The notes under the pieces: model-generated
The model's input: the letters and a program-made list of their open reading frames with translations, nothing else
Told to the model about the DNA's origin: nothing
The model's database searches: none
Position numbers and translations under genes: made by a program
Origin: Archangiaceae bacterium
Lineage (GTDB): Bacteria; Myxococcota; Myxococcia; Myxococcales; Myxococcaceae
Length of the DNA: 12,196 nt
Assembly (NCBI GenBank): GCA_043750125.1
Contig: JAYVCD010000428.1
Location: forward strand, 1 to 12,196
Direction: 5' to 3'
Shown here: positions 1-5,723 of the stretch, one piece after another
Layout: each line of letters starts with the position of its first letter
Position numbering within the stretch: the stretch's first letter is position 1

Positions 1-129
1 TTTGCGCTCGATCGGCACGCGCAGCTTGTCGAGCGACGAATGTTCTTCGCTCAGTAGACCCAGCGCCGCCTCGATTTTGTGAACTCCGTACCGCTCGATC
101 TCGGCGCGAGACGCAAAACGAACGACCAC
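1..129 (-). CDS. Partial hypothetical protein or gene remnant running off the window edge (VVVRFASRAEIERYGVHKIEAALGLLSEEHSSLDKLRVPIERK...)
   Basis: Hand translation: 43 open codons from a GTG at 129 that overlaps the TAG stop of the upstream peptidase gene (TAGTG). Protein-like helical sequence; family not assigned; not in the ORF track. Confidence 0.4.
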   Translation of the reverse strand, partial: MVVRFASRAEIERYGVHKIEAALGLLSEEHSSLDKLRVPIERK

Positions 130-2039
130 TAAGTTCGGCGCCGGCGGATCATCCCCACCAGCAGCAGCACTGCCGACAGCAGCCAGGGCCCGCCCGCCGC
201 GCTGCAGCCCCCGCGTGCCTGCATGCGCTCGTCGTGTTCCTGCACGTCGAGCCGAACGACATTCACCCGGCTTGCGAGGGCCGACCCATCCGGCAGCGTC
301 GCGACCGCTTCGATCAGGGTGTGCCCGATGATCAAGGGGATCTCGGCGGTGAACAGGTTGCCGCTGACGACCTGTGCCGGCACTCCGTTGATCCGCACGT
401 CCTTTGGAAGGAAGCCGTCAGTCACGCCCGAGACCCAGACCGTCTTTGAGAGCAGCGCTTCTTCCGGGCGCGGGAAGGTGATCCGAACGCCGGTGCCGGC
501 GATTCCAGGACTGAGCGCGAACGACCAGGCGGTGTGCGTCTCTTCGGAGATTTCCACCGGCTGGCGGTATTCGGCGTAGCCCGGCAGCCAGGCGACCAGC
601 GTGCGCTGCCCGGCGGGGAGCTCGAGGTCGTAGCTGCCGTCGGACAAGGTGTGCGTCGACATCAGCACGCTGCCTGCGACATCGAGCACCCGGATCTCGA
701 CTCCGCCCAGGGGCGCCGCTTCGACGCTATCGGTGACCACGCCGCCGACGCCCGTGCGGAAGCTCACGTTCCGCTGGACCACGGTGCGGTTGCCAGCCAG
801 GTCCACCGCCTCGACGCGCAGCACGTTGAGCCCCGAGCGCAACGTCAGCGGAATCGTGAAGGCGCCGCTCGCGAACGCCAGCGCTGTGCCGCCATTCAAC
901 GACAGCGTCAGCGACTGCATCACGCCGCGATCATCGCTGGCGGTGCCGGTGGCTGCGATCGCAGAAACCTCGAACACTTTTCCTTCTTCCGGAGTGAGCA
1001 GCTCGACGTCGGGAGCGTGCGTGTCGGGAGTGCCGTCCGCGCCAAGGCCGATCGACCCCCAGACGGTCTGACCGCTGGTGATCTGGCGGGTGAGCGTCGC
1101 GGAGCTGTAGCCGGTTGCGGTGGCCTCGATCGTGACGGCTCCCGCGGCCAGTTGGACGGTGTAGATCCCGGTCGCGTCGGTGGTGAGGGTCTGGGTGCCG
1201 ACTTTGACGGTCGCTCCGGCGATCGCGGCGGTGAGATCGGCCGGGTCGACCGGGTTGATCTTGAAGATCTTTCCATTCAGCGTGCCCATCATCGCGACCG
1301 GAGGAGGAGGAGGAGGAGGAGGAGGTGGCGCCGCGCAGCCGTGAGCACCGAAGCCGGTCGTCGGAGAAACGGACATCGCATTCGAGCTCGCCGGGCCCCA
1401 CGCGCCGTCTTCGACGAGCTTGCTGCCGTTGTTCTTGTTCCACAGCCGCTGAAACGCGAGCACGGATCTCGAGCCGAGGTTGACCGCTCCGTTGAAATCG
1501 AAATGCACCACGTCGTTGCTGCCGTACCAGGTCCACCCGCGCGCCTGCAGCGCCGTGATCCACGCGGAGTAGGACGGCACGTCGAGCGCGCGCCCGCTCT
1601 GGTGGTTGCTCGCGCCGGGCGCGGCGGCGATCTGGATTCCGCACTGGCCGGCCTTCCACCACTTGTAGAGGACGTACTGCTCGGCAACGGTGCGGTAGGC
1701 GCTCGAGACCCCCATCGTGACTCCGCGCGCGGCGACGGCGGCACGCAGCGCGGTGGTGGCTCCGGGCGCGAGCACCGTGTTCACCGACGCGCCGGCCGAG
1801 ATGAGCGCGCCACTGAAGTTCACCATCGTGCTCGGCGCGATGCAGTTCACCTCTTCGATGATTTGATTCGAGAGGCCTTTGACGATTCCCACGTCGCAGC
1901 CGCCTGCCTGGCCAGCGTTAAGGCCGCTGGTGATCACGCCCATGTCGTGATCGACGTAGTCGTCGTTCGGCTCACGCTGCTGCGGGCCACACGAGATCAG
2001 GATCAAAGAGGCGAAGACAAATGCGGCGCGAAAGTTCAT
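129..2039 (-). CDS. Exported M15-family (VanY/D,D-carboxypeptidase-like) zinc peptidase with peptidoglycan-binding domain, poly-Pro linker, carboxypeptidase-regulatory-like/Ig-like repeats and C-terminal MYXO-CTERM-like signal
   Basis: 636 aa ORF. N-terminal signal with lipobox-like LILISC; M15 motifs SAYRTVAEQ, PGASNHQSGRALD (SxHxxGxAxD) and DVVH; PG-binding-like VLAFQRLWN...LVEDGAWGPAS; P10 linker; beta-rich repeats (AAIAGATVKVG..TTDATGIY, DTHAPDVELLTP..VEAVDLAGN, GVVTDSVEAAPLGGVEI); C-terminus GGCSAAGG + hydrophobic helix + RRRR. Confidence 0.85.
   Translation of the reverse strand: MNFRAAFVFASLILISCGPQQREPNDDYVDHDMGVITSGLNAGQAGGCDVGIVKGLSNQIIEEVNCIAPSTMVNFSGALISAGASVNTVLAPGATTALRAAVAARGVTMGVSSAYRTVAEQYVLYKWWKAGQCGIQIAAAPGASNHQSGRALDVPSYSAWITALQARGWTWYGSNDVVHFDFNGAVNLGSRSVLAFQRLWNKNNGSKLVEDGAWGPASSNAMSVSPTTGFGAHGCAAPPPPPPPPPPVAMMGTLNGKIFKINPVDPADLTAAIAGATVKVGTQTLTTDATGIYTVQLAAGAVTIEATATGYSSATLTRQITSGQTVWGSIGLGADGTPDTHAPDVELLTPEEGKVFEVSAIAATGTASDDRGVMQSLTLSLNGGTALAFASGAFTIPLTLRSGLNVLRVEAVDLAGNRTVVQRNVSFRTGVGGVVTDSVEAAPLGGVEIRVLDVAGSVLMSTHTLSDGSYDLELPAGQRTLVAWLPGYAEYRQPVEISEETHTAWSFALSPGIAGTGVRITFPRPEEALLSKTVWVSGVTDGFLPKDVRINGVPAQVVSGNLFTAEIPLIIGHTLIEAVATLPDGSALASRVNVVRLDVQEHDERMQARGGCSAAGGPWLLSAVLLLVGMIRRRRT
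1302..1325 (-). repeat. (CCT)8 trinucleotide tandem repeat encoding most of the poly-proline linker
   Basis: Perfect AGG/GGA run on the + strand; the coding strand reads cca (cct)8 ccg = P10. Confidence 0.85.
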
Positions 2040-2238
2040 GCGCGCAGCATAGACGGACCGGAGCCGGTTTCAGTTTCGGCCCTCGAGAATCGTCGCCTCT
2101 GCGTGACCATGTTGATCACTGAAAACATTCTTCAGCGAATTGTTCTCGATCCGTTGCCGCGCGATCCGCATCGAGAATCGCGTCGAACACGAGCGCGCTT
2201 TTCAGGGCCGGCGTTTGAAACCGCGATCGTCGAGATGC

Positions 2239-2748
2239 ACAACGGTTCTCCTCGTCGACGTTGACCCGCAAGGGGTTCGCAGTGGCCATGGCAGACACGG
2301 CAGAAAAGGCCCTCGAGTGCCTCGAACTCACGCCGTCAGACGTCATCATCAGTGACTTCAAGATGCCCGGGATGAACGGAGCCGACCTTCTCGCCAACGA
2401 GAAGGTTCGGGTCGCCCAGCAGAGCGCGATCGCCAATGAGAAGCTCGCGGGCATCGGCTTGCTCGCGGCGGGGGTGGCGCACGAAATCAACAACCCGAGG
2501 TGCTTCGTCACCGCCAACATCCGCAGCCTGATCGAAGCGCTGGCGTCGCTGAGGGGTTTCTTCCATTCTTCAGCACCAAGGAAGTAGGCAAGGGCACCGG
2601 ACTGGGGTTGGCCGTCGCGCACGGGATTATCAAGGCCCACGGCGGTCAGATCGATGTGGTCAGCGAACCCGGGAAAGGGACGTGCTTCGAAGTGTCGCTC
2701 CCTTCGGGGTCTCCGGCTCAGATCCAGGCCTCGTCCGTCGCTACCTGA
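2239..2748 (+). pseudogene. Internally deleted, frameshifted response-regulator receiver plus histidine kinase remnant
   Basis: Pieces in changing frames: TVLLVD (to 2259); LTRKGFAV..DVIISDFKMPGMNGADLL (receiver half) running into [22 protein letters not shown] (HisKA H-box, His codon 2480); [42 protein letters not shown] (F/G2 boxes, 2557-2748). Receiver helix 1, the receiver C-half and the kinase N/G1 boxes are missing. Confidence 0.8.
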
Positions 2749-2843
2749 CCGCCCGCCCGGCGAGCAGTGCGCTTATTTCGAGGCCGGGTAGGCCCGGTCG
2801 CGCTGAACGCAAGTGTCCGCGACAGCCGCACGCGGAGTTCGAT

Positions 2844-3191
2844 CTACCCCAATTCCCGAATGACCGGGGTCGCTCCGAAGGCACGCCCGAGGTCTGAGAG
2901 GTTGAGCGTCTGGCCGTGCACGTGGGCGAGCATCATCCAGAAGCGGCGCAGCGCGACCGCCGGAACCCGAATTCCGAAGCCCGGTACATCTCGTTCGAGA
3001 AAAGTCGTCACGTACTGCGAGAGCCAACTGAACGCGTCCTTTTCGGTGCGCGCCAACCACGCCCGGGGGTAACCGCCCCGAAGCCAGAGGAGATCGAGCC
3101 CTATCACTTCGTAGTGGGAGAACGGGGTCAGCTCGAGCAGGGCTGCGCGACCCGCAAGCGACTCGCTGCTCTGGCGCAGCCGCTGGACCTC
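2844..3191 (-). pseudogene. Fragment of an AAA_14/DUF4143-type ATP-binding protein
   Basis: EVQRL (Walker B end) fused directly to RQSSESLAGR..LELTPFS..LWLRGGYP..YVTTFLERDVP..LRRFWMMLAHVHGQTLNLSDLGRAFG, then a stop. No Walker A and no DUF4143 C-terminal part. Confidence 0.8.
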
Positions 3192-3229
3192 GGCGGTGTC
3201 CGTGTTCCCGCCGCCCCGTACCAACAGCT

Positions 3230-3439
3230 CGCCCGCCGTGACACGTCCGTCACCGAGCCTTCGTGAGTTCCGCGGCGCGCCATCCGCTCGGCGTAGGAAT
3301 GCAGCGCCGAGTCCAGCGGCTCGAGATTCCCAACCGGCCAGCGACGCCCGGCCAGCGTCGTCAGGTGACCGTCTTCTCTCGCGAGCCGCAGCTGCTCGTC
3401 TTGAAACGTGCGCACCTGGGCATAGTGGCGGTCGAGGCT
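3230..3439 (-). pseudogene. Fragment of a divergent family-A DNA polymerase (PolA-like) C-terminal region
   Basis: LDRHYAQVRTFQDEQLRLAREDGHLTTLAGRRWPVGNLE..SYAERMARRGTHEGSVTDVSRRA aligns by eye with the PolA pattern YFxRYPGV...ARExGYVxTLxGRRR...AERxAxNxPIQGSAAD. No motif A, B or C (VHDE) is present. Confidence 0.65.
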
Positions 3440-3760
3440 TCAGTACGCATTGTTTTGCGGATACGAACACACCCCGTTCGCGCAGAAGCCCATGCAGCCG
3501 CCGGAAGTGGTGACCCACGCGGTGCCGGCGTCGTTGCAGGTCTCGATGTATTGCCTCTTGTGGTGCGGCCATCCGCCGGCGCAGGCGGTTTTTCCTGGAA
3601 TGCAGGGCGACAGGTTGACGCATTGGCCGTCGACGCATTTCGCAGGCGTGCAGTTGTGACGGTTGTCGTCGAAGCCTCCGTCGGCTTCACGCCGGCAGCT
3701 TTGGCGGATGTCTCCGAGGTGTGGGGTTTCGACGACTTCTGAGGTCTTCTGACGTAGCCT
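3440..3760 (-). pseudogene. C-terminal remnant of a cysteine-rich, probably secreted protein
   Basis: Hand-translated frame between in-frame TGAs at 3761-3763 and 3440-3442, with no early start codon: ..QSCRREADGGFDDNRHNCTPAKCVDGQCVNLSPCIPGKTACAGGWPHHKRQYIETCNDAGTAWVTTSGGCMGFCANGVCSYPQNNAY*. Ten Cys, DGG/DAG motifs typical of myxobacterial Cys-rich proteins. Confidence 0.6.
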
Positions 3761-3788
3761 TCACGCGCTTTCGGGATAGCTTCTGGAC

Positions 3789-4184
3789 GTGCCCGTGTAC
3801 GACTTCAAAGCGGAAGACCTGCGCGCCTTTCGGGATCGCGACTGGTCGTTGCCGCGACGGCTGCAGGATCAAGAAACGGCTCGTTTTGCTGGCCAGCTGA
3901 ACTGGAGTGAACTGCTGCGCCGAGCCGATGAGCTGCGCGGTGCGGCCCGCTGGCTGTGCCCGGAGTGGCCGAATGCCCGGACGGACGAAGAAGACCTCGA
4001 AGCGCACCGCTCGCTCGCGCAGAAGCTCGCCACTTACGAGGTCCGGCGCCGAAGCCGCATTGCAGGCAATCGGCCGCGCGATGAAGCGGCTAAAGGCCAG
4101 ATGGTTCCTGTTCGGGGCTCAGGCGGTTCTGCTTCACGGGGCTCCCCGAACCACCCAGGACATCGACGTCACCGTTCTCACTGA
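3789..4184 (+). CDS. Small alpha-helical hypothetical protein, putative antitoxin/partner of the downstream nucleotidyltransferase
   Basis: 131 aa GTG-start ORF. Charged helical core (EDLRAFRDRDW..ELLRRADELR..PEWP..EEDLEAHRSLAQKL); the tail overlaps the next gene. Confidence 0.65.
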   Translation: MPVYDFKAEDLRAFRDRDWSLPRRLQDQETARFAGQLNWSELLRRADELRGAARWLCPEWPNARTDEEDLEAHRSLAQKLATYEVRRRSRIAGNRPRDEAAKGQMVPVRGSGGSASRGSPNHPGHRRHRSH

Positions 4185-4596
4185 GGCACCGATCGCGAAG
4201 TTGGTCGAGGTGCTGGAGGCCGAAGACATCATTCCTCTGATTGCCGATTCGGCATTCATTGAACAGACGCGAGTGCTTCCTTGCGAGCACCTTCCCAGCG
4301 GCTGGAAGGTCGATGTTGTGCTTGGGGGCCCTGGTCTCGAGGAGTTGATCGCGAAGCAAGCGAAGATCCGAAAGCTCGGCTCGGTCTCGGTGCCTCTATT
4401 GCGCATCGAGCATTTAATTGTTCTCAAGGTTCTCGCGGGGCGTCCGCAAGATCTCGCTGATGTCGCAGCACTGCTGGGGCTGCCTGACGCTCGAATTGCT
4501 CGCGTCGAGATCAAGGCGCTGCTGAGGGCGATCGAGACAGAACTGGCCGAGGATCGGTTGGTAGAGCGGTTTGAACGGCTCGAATCTGCCCGCTGA
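4060..4596 (+). CDS. Nucleotidyltransferase-fold protein (DUF6036 / AbiEii-like)
   Basis: WFLFGAQAVLLHGAPRTTQDIDV (G..A...RxTxDxD metal-binding motif), KVDVVLG, and EHLIVLKVLAGRPQDLADV (K..R.xD..D). Start uncertain: TTG 4060, ATG 4081 or ACG 4036. The track start at 3907 lies deep inside the upstream gene. Confidence 0.8.
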   Translation: MQAIGRAMKRLKARWFLFGAQAVLLHGAPRTTQDIDVTVLTEAPIAKLVEVLEAEDIIPLIADSAFIEQTRVLPCEHLPSGWKVDVVLGGPGLEELIAKQAKIRKLGSVSVPLLRIEHLIVLKVLAGRPQDLADVAALLGLPDARIARVEIKALLRAIETELAEDRLVERFERLESAR

Positions 4597-4866
4597 TTGT
4601 TCCACCGGGCTGGATACCGACAGCTTCCGCTGTGGGTCTGCAGCAATGGGGAGCGGGCCGAGGACACCAACCGATTTGCGTCTCTGATGTGAGTTGCTGT
4701 AGGCAATTCGCCCCGCATCAAACTCGATGCGAATCGGAGCCAGGCCGACAGGTAGGCACGCTCAGGACCACGCCACATCACGCGCCACGGCAGTTCCCGC
4801 GCAATCTTCGCGATCCTGGGTCCGAACATGCGCTGGGCGCGCGCGTGCTACCAGCCCCCTTCGCAA

Positions 4867-5130
4867 GTGAGCCACCCGACGTCAGAGCGCCTCGTCCTTT
4901 TCCTCGCGGGTGAGTTGCCCGAAGCAGAGGCTCAACAGCTCGAGGATCACATCGATGTCTGTCCTCCTTGCCGCGAAGGGCTGAGCAAGGTGGTCCGTCG
5001 GCGCGCACAAGATCAAGCAAGTCTCGCTCTCACCCACCGCAGCCCGGCCGAATCTCTTCCGGTCGCCGCGGGCGAGGTCATCGCAGGACGTTTTCGAATC
5101 GAGAAGCTGCTCGGAATGGGTGGCTACTAG
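4867..5130 (+). pseudogene. Truncated zf-HC2 (anti-sigma zinc finger) / Ser-Thr protein kinase
   Basis: GTG 4867: HPTSERLVLFLAGEL..LEDHIDVCPPCRE (HxxxCxxC), then GEVIAGRFRIEKLLGMGG (kinase subdomain I Gly loop), which stops at once (Y*) overlapping the stop codon of the convergent cheC. Confidence 0.75.
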
Positions 5131-5723
5131 ACGCCCAGCCGGGACAGCAGCGTTCGCATTCCTTCCGCGCCGAACACCATCATCAGCTGGCCAACGAAGC
5201 CCGGCGAGTCGGTCGAGGCGAACCGCGCTTCGAGCACCATCGCATCGAAGCTGCCGGTGCCCGAGCCCAACAACGTGGCCACATCGCCCTCGGCGAGGTC
5301 GGGCGGAGAGGGCAACAGCTTCAGCCGCAGCAGGCCTCCCACCACGGTGAGGCACGCCGACGCGACGATGTTCGCCGCTTCCGTCAGCGCCGCGGTCTCG
5401 TCATCGTTCAGGGGTCCGCTCGCCGTGGGCCGCCGCAGCAACCGGCCCGCGAGGCGCCGCGCATCTTCGCGGGGCAACACCCAGAACAGCCGTCCGGGCA
5501 GCCCGCCGTCGATTGAAAATTCCGCCGCGAGGACCTGGGTCCCGGCACCCCCGAGCAACGAGACCAGCTGCGGCGAGTCGACCAGGGACACGCGCGGGAC
5601 GTCGATCATCACTCCCAGCCCGCTGATCAACCGGGCGAGCATCGAGGCCGCATGGCCGCTGCCGATGTTCGCCACCTCGGCCAGGGCGTCCTGCTGCGAG
5701 GCGGTCGGAGCGGCGAGCGTCAC
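5127..5723 (-). CDS. difG: CheC-family CheY-P phosphatase (DifG-like)
   Basis: 198 aa with two ExxN active-site motifs (DALAEVANIG, AALTEAANIV). GTG start overlaps the cheA stop (GTGA). Last gene of the operon. Confidence 0.9.
   Translation of the reverse strand: MTLAAPTASQQDALAEVANIGSGHAASMLARLISGLGVMIDVPRVSLVDSPQLVSLLGGAGTQVLAAEFSIDGGLPGRLFWVLPREDARRLAGRLLRRPTASGPLNDDETAALTEAANIVASACLTVVGGLLRLKLLPSPPDLAEGDVATLLGSGTGSFDAMVLEARFASTDSPGFVGQLMMVFGAEGMRTLLSRLGV

Noticed and set aside
2143..2177. Short imperfect hairpin TTCTCGATCCG...CGCATCGAGAA and a 10-bp direct repeat TCGAGAATCG (2082, 2171)
   Set aside because: Short, no U-tract, no array; compatible with chance in TCGA-rich DNA.
534..2264. 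576 aa + strand ORF and other overlapping ORFs
   Set aside because: Antisense or off-frame shadows of the peptidase gene; Arg-rich with no motifs, as expected in high-GC DNA.
2844..3638. 264 aa minus-strand ORF read as a single gene
   Set aside because: Only the C-terminal part resembles an AAA_14 ATPase; upstream, the protein-like signal lies in another frame (PolA-like and Cys-rich pieces).
4597..4866. Possible additional gene fragment (minus frame MFGPRIAKIARELPWRVMW...)
   Set aside because: No family recognised, and the rest of that ORF is antisense to the nucleotidyltransferase; left unassigned.
2239..5130. CRISPR-like or integron-like cassette array as the explanation for the fragment mosaic
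   Set aside because: I found no repeated sequence or attC-like palindrome at the junctions by eye, and no cas or integrase gene is in the window.
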